A DNA stretch of 64,000 bases from an uncultured Gammaproteobacteria bacterium (GTDB lineage Bacteria > Patescibacteriota > Microgenomatia > CAZTEW01), in NCBI GenBank assembly GCA_964612215.1, contig CAZTEW010000001.1, forward strand, positions 12,432 through 76,431, written 5' to 3'. The notes beneath the pieces are model-generated. The model was not told the DNA's origin. It was given only the letters and a program-made list of their open reading frames with translations, and made no database searches. Shown here piece by piece: positions 41,151 through 50,786 of the stretch; within the stretch, counting starts at the first letter, position 1, and each line of letters opens with the position of its first letter. The position numbers and the translations under genes were made by a program.

Positions 41151-41474
41151 ATGAAATTAATTAAACGCCGCCGGTCTAACTTTCTCTTGACTTTGATTTT
41201 CGCGGTTTTCTTTTGGCTGGTGTGGTTTTTTATCGTTTTTTTTGCTTCTCCGACCGACAAGTTCATGACGCCGTTTTTCTTTTTCGCCCTTTTTTTATCT
41301 TTAAGCCTGACTTTAGGCATGATGCTGGCTAATTGCCGCCGCGGTTTTTTCATAGCCTCTGGCCTTGTTTTAGCCTTACTTTTGCAATGGCAGCAACTAA
41401 TTCATTGGCTGAATCTTATTCTTTTGGCGGCTGTCCTTCTTTGTTTTGAAGCCTACTTTACAAAAAAGAAATAA
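41151..41474 (+). CDS. small 4-TM hypothetical protein
   Basis: Hydrophobic ORF with basic N-terminus. Confidence 0.6.
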   Translation: MKLIKRRRSNFLLTLIFAVFFWLVWFFIVFFASPTDKFMTPFFFFALFLSLSLTLGMMLANCRRGFFIASGLVLALLLQWQQLIHWLNLILLAAVLLCFEAYFTKKK

Positions 41475-41504
41475 TATGCTAGTCTTTTTTCGATTAAACG
41501 AAAT

Positions 41505-41873
41505 ATGCAGATTTCAGGTAAAAAATTAAACCAAAATCTAGAAAAACAGATTTTCCAGGTTCTTCATCAGCTCGTGGCTGATTTGGGAAGCCCAAAAGAG
41601 GTAGAAATCTTTCTTGACGACTTTCTAACCGCAGCGACGAAGACAAGCCTGGCTAAAAAAGTGATGATTGCGCTCTTTCTTGATCAGAAAATGGCTTATG
41701 AAAAAATCCGTGATAGCCTTAACGTTTCCACCTCGACCATTTCCGAGATCTATAATCGCCTGGGTCATGATGGAATTCAGCTAGCTATCAAGAAAATCAA
41801 AGCTGAAGAATGGGCGAATAAATGGTCTAAAAAAATCAACAGCGTTCTTGCCAAAATTCTTCCCAAAACCTAG
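41505..41873 (+). CDS. TrpR/YerC-like HTH protein
   Basis: FLDDFLT...LAKK...YEKIRDSLNVSTSTIS. Confidence 0.75.
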   Translation: MQISGKKLNQNLEKQIFQVLHQLVADLGSPKEVEIFLDDFLTAATKTSLAKKVMIALFLDQKMAYEKIRDSLNVSTSTISEIYNRLGHDGIQLAIKKIKAEEWANKWSKKINSVLAKILPKT

Positions 41874-41894
41874 CTTTCCTGCTAAAATATCTTC

Positions 41895-43331
41895 ATGGCC
41901 AAGAAATTTTACATTACGACCGCTATTCCTTACGTCAATGCCTCACCCCATTTAGGTCATGCCTTGGAATTTGTTCAGGTCGATGCTGCTGCCAGGTATC
42001 ATCGCTTAGTCGGGGAGGTCTTTTTTGCTACCGGCTCTGATGAGAATGCCTTGAAAAATGTTCAAGCAGCCCAGAAAAGGAACATGACCACTCAACAGTT
42101 GTGCGACCAGGTGACTCAAGAATTTAAGAAGTTTGCCAGACGGCTTAACATTCAATATGATGTCTGGCGCCGAGGGTCTGATAAAAAAAGACATTGGCCA
42201 GGGGTGCATCGACTTTGGCAGCTTTGTCAAAAATCCGGCGATATCTATAAGAAAAGTTACCAGGGGCTTTATTGTGTCGGTTGTGAAGCTTTTTTGACTC
42301 CTAAAGACCTACAGAATGGTCAATGCCCGTACCACTTAAAGAAGCCAGAATTGATTGAAGAAATAAATTATTTCTTTCGCCTGTCCAAATACGAAGACAA
42401 GATAAAACATTTAATCGAGTCGAACGAACTGAAAGTTTTTCCTAAAAAAAGAAAAAATGAAATTTTAGCTTTCATTAATCAGGGGTTGAAAGATTTTAGC
42501 GTTTCTAGGTCAACTCAAAGAACGCATGGTTGGGGCATCCCTGTTCCTGGTGATGATTCCCAAATGATTTATGTTTGGTATGACGCCTTAACTATTTATA
42601 TGACGGCGGTGGGTTGGGGTTATGACCAAAAGCGCTGGAAGGGGTTCTGGCCAGCCGACCTTCATGTTATCGGCAAGGATATCGTCCGTTTTCATGCCGT
42701 TTATTGGCCGGCAATGCTTTTAAGCGCCGGGCTAGCTTTACCCAAAGCAATTTTAGTGCACGGTTTCATCACCTCCGGCGGCCAAAAAATGGCCAAGAGT
42801 TTAGGTAATGTTGTTGATCCTCAGGAAATTGCCAAAAAATACGGCGCTGATGCCCTGAGATATTATCTTTTAAAAGAAATTCCTACTCAAGATGACGGTG
42901 ATTTCACTGTTAAGCATTTTGAGGAAATTTATAATGCTGATCTGGCTAATGGGCTAGGGAATTTAGTGCAGCGGGTGGCAAAGCTAGCCGAAGATTATAA
43001 AATTTATAACAATTATAAACTTTATAAAAACTATAAAATTTATAATAAATTTTTTAGTGAATATCGCTTTAACGACTGTTTGGTTTGGTTGTGGGAAAAA
43101 ATTGCCAGTGTCGATAAATACCTTGATCAAACTCAGCCGTGGAATAAGAAAGGGAAAGAACGAGTCAAGATATTAGTGAAACCAGTGAAGGAGATTCGCG
43201 AGATTGCTTTTCTTTTACAGCCATTTTTGCCGGAAACAGCCGTGGCCATTGAGAAAATATTCAGCGCCGATAAAATAAAAGCACCGGGAAAACCACTTTT
43301 TCCGCGCCTGCCGGTCGGCAGGCAGGGGTGA
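41895..43331 (+). CDS. metG: methionine--tRNA ligase
   Basis: YITTAIPYVNASPHLGH, YVWYDAL, IGKDIVRFH, KMAKS. Confidence 0.96.
   Translation: MAKKFYITTAIPYVNASPHLGHALEFVQVDAAARYHRLVGEVFFATGSDENALKNVQAAQKRNMTTQQLCDQVTQEFKKFARRLNIQYDVWRRGSDKKRHWPGVHRLWQLCQKSGDIYKKSYQGLYCVGCEAFLTPKDLQNGQCPYHLKKPELIEEINYFFRLSKYEDKIKHLIESNELKVFPKKRKNEILAFINQGLKDFSVSRSTQRTHGWGIPVPGDDSQMIYVWYDALTIYMTAVGWGYDQKRWKGFWPADLHVIGKDIVRFHAVYWPAMLLSAGLALPKAILVHGFITSGGQKMAKSLGNVVDPQEIAKKYGADALRYYLLKEIPTQDDGDFTVKHFEEIYNADLANGLGNLVQRVAKLAEDYKIYNNYKLYKNYKIYNKFFSEYRFNDCLVWLWEKIASVDKYLDQTQPWNKKGKERVKILVKPVKEIREIAFLLQPFLPETAVAIEKIFSADKIKAPGKPLFPRLPVGRQG
42995..43048. repeat. (TTATAAnnn)x6 nonamer tract in metG
   Basis: Encodes YKIYNNYKLYKNYKIYNK. 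Confidence 0.85.
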
Positions 43332-43335
43332 AAAT

Positions 43336-44820
43336 ATGCGACGATTCTTCAGAAGACATGATCGGCAGATTACCCGGGCTTTGGAAATTTTGCCCGGCTT
43401 CCTTTCTTGGAACCTGATTCTTTTTCCATTCTGGGGAGCTTTTTTTTCGCCGCTCTTGGTCGGCTATTTTATTCTTGCCTTTGACGTTTTTTGGCTTTAT
43501 AAATCAGCCTCGCTGGCCTTAACGGCGACCCTTTCTCATTTTAAAATCCGGGCATCGGAAAAACTTGATTGGCTCAGAGAAGTCAAGGGTTTTGGTGATT
43601 GGCAAAAAGTCCATCATCTTGTTTTAATTCCTACCTATCAAGAACCGCTCCATATTTTAAGAAGGACGATTCGCAGATTGAGCGAACAAACTTTTCCGGC
43701 AAAACAAATCACGGTAGTTTTGGCCACTGAAATTCGGGAAAAAGAGGCGGTGGTAAAAGCTAAGATCTTGAAAAAAGAATTTGGCAGTTATTTCGGCCAG
43801 TTTTTGATTACGGTTCATCCGGACATTCCCGGCGAAGTCAAAGGCAAATCTTCTAACCAGGCTTGGGCGGGCAAGCAGGCAAAAGAATATCTAGTTGACA
43901 AACTAAAATACAATCTTGATTATTTGACGATTACTTCGCTTGATGCTGACGGCCTGCTTCATCCACAATATTTTGCTTATTTAACTTTTAAATTTCTTGA
44001 CAGTCCTCAGCGCTATCGGCTTTTTTGGCACTCGGCGGTGATGCATTACAATAACTATTGGCGGGTGCCGGCGCCAATCCGAGTGATCAACACTATTGGC
44101 TCGGTTTGGCGGACCGGGATTTTGATTCGCCGCGACCGCCTCATCCAAATGTCAGTCTATTCGGCTTCCCTCAAGATGATTGATGAGGTGGGCTATTGGG
44201 ATGTGGATGTGATTCCTGAGGATTACCGCATCTTTTTTAAGTGCTTTTTTCACTTTCAAGGCAAGGTTGAGGTTGAACCGATTTTTCTAGCAACCTTTGT
44301 TGACGCTGCGGAAAGCACCAGTTATTGGCGGACAATGGTTAATCAGTACGAACAAATGAAACGCTGGGCCTGGGGCGTTTCTGATGACCCCCAATTAATT
44401 AAATGGTGGTTTACCGCCCCGCAAGTTTCTTTTTGGGATAAAACCATTCATTTGTTAAAGGTTCTTGAAGACCATGTCCTTTGGCCGGTTAATTGGTTTA
44501 TTATTACTTTAGGAGTTAATATCCCCACGCTGATTAATCCCAATTTCCGACGCTTGGCCTTGGGTTTTAATTTACCGCGGCTTTCTTTCTGGATTTTAAC
44601 GGCCTGTCTGTTCTTTTTAGGAATAGTTTTAATAATCAACGCTCGCCAGCGGCCGCCGCGGCCGAAACACATTTCCCGCTGGCGTTCTTTCCTGATTCCT
44701 TTTGAATTCCTTTTAATGCCGATTGTCGGTTTTTTCTTTAATGCTTTACCTGGTCTTGACGCCCACACCCGCTTGATGCTCGGCAAATACCTTGAATACC
44801 GAGTGACAGAAAAGGTATAA
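43336..44820 (+). CDS. GT2-family processive-type glycosyltransferase
   Basis: IPTYQE, GKSSN, DAD, PED, QMKRW (QxxRW). Confidence 0.85.
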   Translation: MRRFFRRHDRQITRALEILPGFLSWNLILFPFWGAFFSPLLVGYFILAFDVFWLYKSASLALTATLSHFKIRASEKLDWLREVKGFGDWQKVHHLVLIPTYQEPLHILRRTIRRLSEQTFPAKQITVVLATEIREKEAVVKAKILKKEFGSYFGQFLITVHPDIPGEVKGKSSNQAWAGKQAKEYLVDKLKYNLDYLTITSLDADGLLHPQYFAYLTFKFLDSPQRYRLFWHSAVMHYNNYWRVPAPIRVINTIGSVWRTGILIRRDRLIQMSVYSASLKMIDEVGYWDVDVIPEDYRIFFKCFFHFQGKVEVEPIFLATFVDAAESTSYWRTMVNQYEQMKRWAWGVSDDPQLIKWWFTAPQVSFWDKTIHLLKVLEDHVLWPVNWFIITLGVNIPTLINPNFRRLALGFNLPRLSFWILTACLFFLGIVLIINARQRPPRPKHISRWRSFLIPFEFLLMPIVGFFFNALPGLDAHTRLMLGKYLEYRVTEKV

Positions 44821-44827
44821 TCTTTTT

Positions 44828-46102
44828 ATGAACCAATTTACCGCCAGTTTGTGGGGAGATGAAGCCTTTGCTGCGGTTTTAGCCCAAAAGCCATATTGGC
44901 AAATTGTTCTCAGGGCTGCCAGAGACACTTCGCCGCCTCTTTTTTATCTTTCCCTTCATACCTGGATGAAGTTTTTTGGCAGCAGTGAGCTGGCCATCAG
45001 AACCCACTCCTTTCTCTATTTCCTCTTGTTGATTTATGTGGTTTATCTTTTTGGGAAACATCTTTTCAATAAGAAAATTGGCATGATCGCGGCAATGTTA
45101 ACCTTTCTCAACCCTTTTTTATTTCAATATGGTTTTGAAGGCCGAATGTATTCCATTCTAGCCTTTTATTCTACTTTATCGATGTATTTTTTTATCACCC
45201 AAAAGAAATGGCCCTATATTTTAGCGAGCACGGCTGCCTTGTATTCTCATCATTTTGCTATTTTTATTATTTTGAGCCAATTTATTTTTCAGCTACCAAA
45301 ATTAAAGAAAAATTTCATAGAAACGATTAAACCATTTTTCTGGATAGGATTTTTCTACCTTCCTTGGCTTTATCCTCTTTATTATCAGACTTCATTAGTC
45401 ACCAGTGGTTTTTGGTTGGCTAAACCTGATTTAGAAAGCGTTTATCATCTTTTTAGAAGTTTTTTGGCGGGCGGCTTTGAGCATCAGCTTAAGAACAAGA
45501 TTTTACTGGTTAGCGGTTTATTGCTTTTAGGCCGGCGCTGGCAGAAAGAGGATTTCTTGCTTTTGGGCTGGCTGGCTTTACCAATTAGCCTGACCTTCCT
45601 TTTTTCTCAACTTAAACAATCCATTTTTTTTGACCGCTACTTGCTTTTTGTCATCCCGTCCCTAATTTTGCTTATGACATCCCGACTAAGAAAAATAGCC
45701 TATCCGTTGTTAGTCTTGTTGATTTTCTGGCTGGCAGTGACTAATTTTTCCTATTTTACCCAGCCGACAAAAAGGCCGTTTCGAGAATTGGCTCAATTTG
45801 TTCACCAAACAGCTAGGCCTGGCGACGCATTAATTAACTGGAGTGGTCAGGCTCATCATTTTTTCGAATCTAAATATTATGGTCTATCAGCACCGCTTTA
45901 TTATCCCCAAGGCGAACCGCCATTTTATATTGGGACTGCTTTAATGGAAGCAGAAGATATTATTAAAGAGTTGCCAGTCAAAGGAAGAACTGGAGTGGTT
46001 ACCAGCGACTCAACCGAGTCAGTAACCTTGCCTGGCTACCAACAAGAACAGGTTCATAATTTTGGCGGTTTGAAATTAATATGGTTTATCAAAAGATTTT
46101 GA
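44828..46102 (+). CDS. GT-C glycosyltransferase (GT39/GT83-like)
   Basis: SLWGDE, DTSPPLFY, EGRMYS. Confidence 0.8.
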   Translation: MNQFTASLWGDEAFAAVLAQKPYWQIVLRAARDTSPPLFYLSLHTWMKFFGSSELAIRTHSFLYFLLLIYVVYLFGKHLFNKKIGMIAAMLTFLNPFLFQYGFEGRMYSILAFYSTLSMYFFITQKKWPYILASTAALYSHHFAIFIILSQFIFQLPKLKKNFIETIKPFFWIGFFYLPWLYPLYYQTSLVTSGFWLAKPDLESVYHLFRSFLAGGFEHQLKNKILLVSGLLLLGRRWQKEDFLLLGWLALPISLTFLFSQLKQSIFFDRYLLFVIPSLILLMTSRLRKIAYPLLVLLIFWLAVTNFSYFTQPTKRPFRELAQFVHQTARPGDALINWSGQAHHFFESKYYGLSAPLYYPQGEPPFYIGTALMEAEDIIKELPVKGRTGVVTSDSTESVTLPGYQQEQVHNFGGLKLIWFIKRF

Positions 46103-47532
46103 TCATTATTTTGATTGGCGCTTTTTTCTTGCGGCTGCCTTCGCTTTTTGAACCTTTTACTTATGCTGATGAAGGTATTTATTTAACCTTGGGCCAGGCA
46201 ATGCAGCAAGGTAAAATTCTTTACCGAGAGATTCATGATAATAAACCGCCCTTACTTTATCTTTTGGCGGCCCTAGCGGGTAACTTTACTTATTTTCGCC
46301 TTTTATTGATGATCTGGGGCCTGTTTACTATTTATCTTTTTTCACTTTTAGCCCGCCAACTTTTTCCTCAAAAACCAAAAGCCTGGTTACTTGCCACTGG
46401 TTTTTTTGCTATTCTCACCTCAGTTCATACTTTTGAAGGTAATATTGCCAATGCAGAAAATTTTATGCTTTTACCAACAATTGCTGGTTTTTGGCTGATT
46501 CTTAAAAACCTTAAAAATAAGTCAATGTTTCCTTTTTTTCTCGCCGGCTCCTTTTTTGCTTTAGCTGTCTTATTTAAAATTCCCGCTGCCTTTGATTTCT
46601 TGGCCGCCTTAATCTTTCTTTGCTTCATTTCGATTAAACGAAAAGAGAAGCTACCTGCTAGTCGCTACCTGCTAGTCTCTATTTTAGGATTTGCCTTGCC
46701 TTTTCTGATGACTTTTATTTATTTTTACTACCAGAAGGCTCTTTCTCAATATTTAGTCGCGGCCTTTTATCAAAATATTCCCTATCTTTCTTCGTGGGGA
46801 GGCCAGTCTCAAGCTTTCAGCTTCCCCTTTGGCTTTTTAGCTCGGAGTTTAATCGTCGCCGGAACAGTGATCATTGTTTTTCTTTTCAGCAAGAGGCTAA
46901 CCCTGGCAAGCCAATTGATTTTAATTTGGTTTTCTTTTTCACTTTTTGCCGCCTTACTTTCTTCAAGACCTTATCCGCATTATTTATTGCAAATCATGCC
47001 GAGCTTGTCTTTAGCCTTTGGTTTGATTTTGATTTGCTCTTGGGAGAAATTTTTGCCTTTTTTCCTAATGGCGGTTTTTGTCGCTACTTTTTGGGCCTTT
47101 CATTTCTGGCATTATCCCAACCTAAGCTATTATCTTAATTTTTATCAATTTGCCCTAGGAATGAAGACCAAGGATCAATATTTGACTACTTTTGATCCCC
47201 GAGCAGAGATGACTTATCAGCTAGTTCATTATATTTGCAGTCATACTCAAGTTGAGGAGCCAATTTTTATTTGGGGAACCGAGCCATCGGTTTATGCCTT
47301 GTCTCGCCGGCCGCCAGTTGGTCGCTATACGGTCAAATATCATATTATTGATTTCAACGGTTATACAGAAACGATGGCCGCTCTTAAACAAACGCCGCCC
47401 CGTTTAGTGGTGATTATCGGCGATGCAGAAAAAGAGTTTTCAGAACTAGCTTTTTTTCTGAAGAAATATTATTTCAAGAACCATAATATTGGCGAGAGTG
47501 AAATTTACTGGCTTCGAGAGAAACCATCATGA
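46081..47532 (+). CDS. GT-C glycosyltransferase (GT39/GT83-like)
   Basis: YADEGIY, LYREIHDNKPPLLY, YPHY. Confidence 0.8.
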   Translation: MVYQKILIIILIGAFFLRLPSLFEPFTYADEGIYLTLGQAMQQGKILYREIHDNKPPLLYLLAALAGNFTYFRLLLMIWGLFTIYLFSLLARQLFPQKPKAWLLATGFFAILTSVHTFEGNIANAENFMLLPTIAGFWLILKNLKNKSMFPFFLAGSFFALAVLFKIPAAFDFLAALIFLCFISIKRKEKLPASRYLLVSILGFALPFLMTFIYFYYQKALSQYLVAAFYQNIPYLSSWGGQSQAFSFPFGFLARSLIVAGTVIIVFLFSKRLTLASQLILIWFSFSLFAALLSSRPYPHYLLQIMPSLSLAFGLILICSWEKFLPFFLMAVFVATFWAFHFWHYPNLSYYLNFYQFALGMKTKDQYLTTFDPRAEMTYQLVHYICSHTQVEEPIFIWGTEPSVYALSRRPPVGRYTVKYHIIDFNGYTETMAALKQTPPRLVVIIGDAEKEFSELAFFLKKYYFKNHNIGESEIYWLREKPS

Positions 47533-47870
47533 GAAGATTTATCAGAGATAAAAGAAACCGTCTGCCGATTAAAATCTTTTTCGGATTTTTAATCTTTGAT
47601 GTTTTGCTTTTGTTGTTTTTTGTTTTTTCTCTGCCGCCGGAAATTCCTCTTTTTTATTCCCGTCCGTGGGGAGAAAGCCAGTTAGCCGCGCCAGGATTAA
47701 TTTGGCTGCTGCCGACAGCTGTCTTCTTGATTGGTCTCTTGAACCTTTATTTAGCCGTCATTTTTTTTGCAGAACTGCCATTTTTGTCTCATGTTTTAAA
47801 TTGGAGCAATGTCCTGATGTCTTTCTTGGCGACGGTTTCAATAGCGAAGATTATTACCTTGGTTTTTTAA
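47529..47870 (+). CDS. small membrane protein (DUF1648-like)
   Basis: LPPEIPLFYSRPWGE between TM helices. Confidence 0.65.
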   Translation: MRRFIRDKRNRLPIKIFFGFLIFDVLLLLFFVFSLPPEIPLFYSRPWGESQLAAPGLIWLLPTAVFLIGLLNLYLAVIFFAELPFLSHVLNWSNVLMSFLATVSIAKIITLVF

Positions 47871-48887
47871 ATGAATCTGGTTATTTTGCCGCTTATTTTA
47901 AGTTTTTGCGCCGTGTTCTTCATTACGCCGCTGGTGATCAAACTAGCTAATTTTTTTGGTCTGGTTGACGATTCCCAAAAAAGAGAACACCCGGCTCATA
48001 CCCATCATGGCGTTGTGCCTCGAGCCGGCGGCTTAGCCGTTTTTTTAGGAATTTTCCTGATCAGTTTAATTTTTTTGCCGTTGGACAAACATCTTCAGGG
48101 AATTTTGTTAGGCAGTTTGATTGTCGTTCTGGTTGGTTTACTGGACGACAAATACGACCTGAGCCCCTATTTGCGGCTAGGAACTAATTTCTTGGCGGCC
48201 GGCTGTTTAGTGGTTGCCGGCATTGGCATCAACTTTATTAATAATCCGTTGGACGGCATTTTAATTTTAAACAAAACCGAGTCAGTTTTTTTCGCTGTTT
48301 TTTGGGTGGTTTGGTGCATGAACATGGTTAATTGGAGCAAAGGAGTTGATGGCCAGATGCCTGGTTTCGTGGGGATTGCGGCCACGGTTATCGGCCTGCT
48401 TAGTTTAAGATTCAGCGCTGATATTACTCAGTGGTCGGTGACGATTCTGGCTTTTATCACCGCCGGCGCTTTTTTAGGGTTTTTGCCCTGGAATTTTTAT
48501 CCGCAAAAAATTATGCCTGGTTACGGCGGCGGCAGTCTTGGTGGCTATCTACTGGCGACTCTTTCGATTCTTTCAACCGCGAAAGTAGGCACCATGCTTC
48601 TGGTTTTAGGAATTCCTTTAATTGACGGCGGTTACACCATTCTGCGCCGGATTTTGACCGGCAGACTGCCTTTTTGGGGAGATCGCGGCCATCTTCATCA
48701 CCGCTTGTTGGCCATGGGCTGGGGTCGGCGCCGGATTGCTTTTTTTTACTGGCTGGTTTCTGCTTTTTTGGGCATGATTGCTTTATCCTTAAATCCGCGG
48801 CAAAAATTTTATACGGTAATTTTCTTGACGGCTTTATTGGGCGGAGCGCTGCTTTGGCTGACCCAATTTCTTAAAAAGAAGTCTTAA
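47871..48887 (+). CDS. MraY/WecA/TagO-family undecaprenyl-phosphate sugar-1-P transferase
   Basis: PRAGG, GLLDD, NMVNWSKGVDG, NFYPQKIMPG, DRGHLHH. Confidence 0.88.
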   Translation: MNLVILPLILSFCAVFFITPLVIKLANFFGLVDDSQKREHPAHTHHGVVPRAGGLAVFLGIFLISLIFLPLDKHLQGILLGSLIVVLVGLLDDKYDLSPYLRLGTNFLAAGCLVVAGIGINFINNPLDGILILNKTESVFFAVFWVVWCMNMVNWSKGVDGQMPGFVGIAATVIGLLSLRFSADITQWSVTILAFITAGAFLGFLPWNFYPQKIMPGYGGGSLGGYLLATLSILSTAKVGTMLLVLGIPLIDGGYTILRRILTGRLPFWGDRGHLHHRLLAMGWGRRRIAFFYWLVSAFLGMIALSLNPRQKFYTVIFLTALLGGALLWLTQFLKKKS

Positions 48888-49711
48888 TTTTTAGTGGCAT
48901 ATTGGCCGGCAATCCAACCCTCTTGGCCTTCCTCAAATTCAATTTTATACCAACCATTGTTTTCTTCCAGGAGAATAAATTCAGCGCCTGGCTTGACCCT
49001 AGCCGCTTCAGTGGCAGATAAATTTGGTTCCCAGCGCACGCGAAGCCAGCCAGTAGGAGTTTCATTGATAACGACCGTCTTTTGCCCTGCTTCTTTGATG
49101 GCCGCGCTGGCAGTAGCCTCCGGAGATAACACTTCTTCCCCATCAGCTGTTTTGGCCAGCTGAACGTTAATGATTAATTTCCGGCCGAGAATTGTTTTGG
49201 CTTTGATTTCCTTTTGCTGATAGCCGGGTAAAGTCAAGGAAACCAGGTGGTCGCCTTCCTGGATGTCTTCCAAAGAAATCGGAGTAAAGCCGCGAGTCAC
49301 AGCGTCAACTTTCACCAAAACGCCATCTGGTTGAGAAATAATTGCCAAAACCATCAATCTTTTGTTATTGAGTGATTCTAGGTTCAGGATGGTGCTGCTG
49401 GACTTTTCTTCGCTGGCAGCTAACTGACAATCAATCACCGTGGAAACGCCGGAAACTAGAGAAACTTTTTTTTCCCAAGAAATCAACCCCGCCTCTGGCG
49501 GGGTTATTTTTAAGAGATATTCGCCAGGTTGAAGATTTTCTTGCTTGAAAGGCGTCTGGCCTAAGTGCTTGCCCTCGAGGAAAACAATCGCCTCCGGCTG
49601 GCAATTAATTTCTAGGCCGGCATGCTTTTGAAAGGAAAACGGCCGGAAATGAAAAAATAAAGGAGCGGCAATAATCAAAATGACCCCGACGACAATTAAT
49701 AACCATTTCAC
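48884..49711 (-). CDS. PEGA-domain + C-terminal SH3b protein
   Basis: Two PEGA repeats (GQTP, GFTP), GWLRVR...GWYKI...GWI SH3b. Confidence 0.85.
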   Translation of the reverse strand: MKWLLIVVGVILIIAAPLFFHFRPFSFQKHAGLEINCQPEAIVFLEGKHLGQTPFKQENLQPGEYLLKITPPEAGLISWEKKVSLVSGVSTVIDCQLAASEEKSSSTILNLESLNNKRLMVLAIISQPDGVLVKVDAVTRGFTPISLEDIQEGDHLVSLTLPGYQQKEIKAKTILGRKLIINVQLAKTADGEEVLSPEATASAAIKEAGQKTVVINETPTGWLRVRWEPNLSATEAARVKPGAEFILLEENNGWYKIEFEEGQEGWIAGQYATKN

Positions 49712-49802
49712 GACCCTTAATTTATATCACAAAACTGGCTTTCTGGCAAGCTGAGACAGGTTTGTTTTCAAGCAAGATTTATGATAAAGTAAGGTTTACT
49801 CA

Positions 49803-49873
49803 GACCGCGTACCCAAGAGGTTAGGGAGTTGTCTGCAAAACAACTAACGCCGGTTCGAATCCGGCCGCGGTCT
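49803..49873 (+). tRNA. tRNA-Cys (GCA)
   Basis: Acceptor GACCGCG/CGCGGTC, anticodon arm GTTGT-CTGCAAA-ACAAC, T arm GCCGG-TTCGAAT-CCGGC, discriminator T; CCA not encoded. Confidence 0.93.
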
Positions 49874-49883
49874 CAAAGAAACA

Positions 49884-49920
49884 AGAGTTAAGGGTTTAAA
49901 AGTTTAAGAGTTTAAGAGTA
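49884..49920. repeat. degenerate 8-mer tract (AGTTTAAR-like), tRNA side of four-helix-bundle gene
   Basis: agagttaagggtttaaaagtttaagagtttaagagta. Confidence 0.8.
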
Positions 49921-50345
49921 TAATTTTTTGTTTAAGTATTTTTTACGCAGCATCGCTTTGAATTCTTCGGCTGAATCTTGAGTTTCTTTTTTCCATTTTA
50001 AACCTTTATACTTTGACACCTTGACACTCTCAATAAATTTATAAATTATTCCTGAAGTTTGCCTGGCCAAATTAAAGGCTTTTTCAAATCCTTGCTTGTT
50101 AATAAAGTTTTGGTCCAGAGCGACATAGAGCTGGGCTCTGACTTCGCCGCAAGAAGCCTTGGCGATATAGAGAAAATAAAGCAGGTCGTCTTTTGTTCCC
50201 CGCTCAAAGCCTTCAGCGATATTGGATAAGACAGAGACGGCGGCGCGCCGGATCTGGTCTTTCAGAGAAAAGTCGGAAAAGCTTTAGTCCGGGCTTTTTG
50301 CCAGCAATAAAGATCTTCGAAGGTTTTTACTTTTAACTCGGGCAT
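49912..50345 (-). pseudogene. four-helix-bundle protein (23S rRNA IVP / TIGR02436-like), frameshifted
   Basis: Manual translation: MPELKVKTFEDLYCWQKAR / frameshift near 50280 / FSDFSLKDQIRRAAVSVLSNIAEGFERG...IAKASCGEVRAQLYVALD...KKLYS*; roughly 10 residues of helix 1 appear missing. Confidence 0.88.
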
Positions 50346-50374
50346 TAACTTAATTTAAACATAAAGACTGTTGC

Positions 50375-50413
50375 TTTAAAAGTTTAAAAGTTTAAAAGTT
50401 TAAAGGTTTAAGA
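50375..50413. repeat. 8-mer tandem tract (AGTTTAAA)n upstream of four-helix-bundle gene
   Basis: ctttaaaagtttaaaagtttaaaagtttaaaggtttaaga. Confidence 0.85.
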
Positions 50414-50462
50414 GGCGAGCCCGCCGCCATCAACTTGACTGCCTTTCCACTGTTTCTGCAAA

Positions 50463-50759
50463 TTAAATTGCTGTCGGTGACTCGCTGGCCGTAGGCGGTT
50501 CTTGAGCTGGTTTTTGATAAGCCTCAAAAGCGGCTGTTGCTGTCGGATTAACTTTTTTCAAGACCTCCAAAACCTGGTTTCTCACCTCAAAACTCTTGAT
50601 TACTCCCCCGATGGCCGCTCCCTGCACCCAAGCTTCGACTTGCTTAGTTACTTCCTCCGCTTGTTCAGGAGTTGAGCCGGCTTTAACAACACCATTCAAA
50701 ACCTTATTGCGGTCAAAATCTTCTGTGTTTCCGTCTTTTTTCTGAACCTTGACTGGCAT
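50463..50759 (-). CDS. stand-alone ATP-cone domain protein
   Basis: VQKKDGNTEDFDRNKV...IKSFEVRNQVLEVL...AFEAY; GGGGTGAGG SD upstream. Confidence 0.85.
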   Translation of the reverse strand: MPVKVQKKDGNTEDFDRNKVLNGVVKAGSTPEQAEEVTKQVEAWVQGAAIGGVIKSFEVRNQVLEVLKKVNPTATAAFEAYQKPAQEPPTASESPTAI

Positions 50760-50786
50760 TTTTCCTCACCCCCTCTCCAATATAAA

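Noticed and set aside
41120-41353. N-terminal extension of RmuC in the ORF track
   Set aside because: It is the antisense of a membrane-protein gene; a -10 box supports the start at 41119.
50270-50295. Programmed -1 frameshift rescuing the four-helix-bundle gene
   Set aside because: No canonical slippery heptamer, and about 10 helix-1 residues would still be missing; a deletion is more parsimonious.
49875-50460. tRNA-integrated prophage or island
   Set aside because: No integrase and no duplicated tRNA 3' end seen; only the four-helix-bundle remnant is present.
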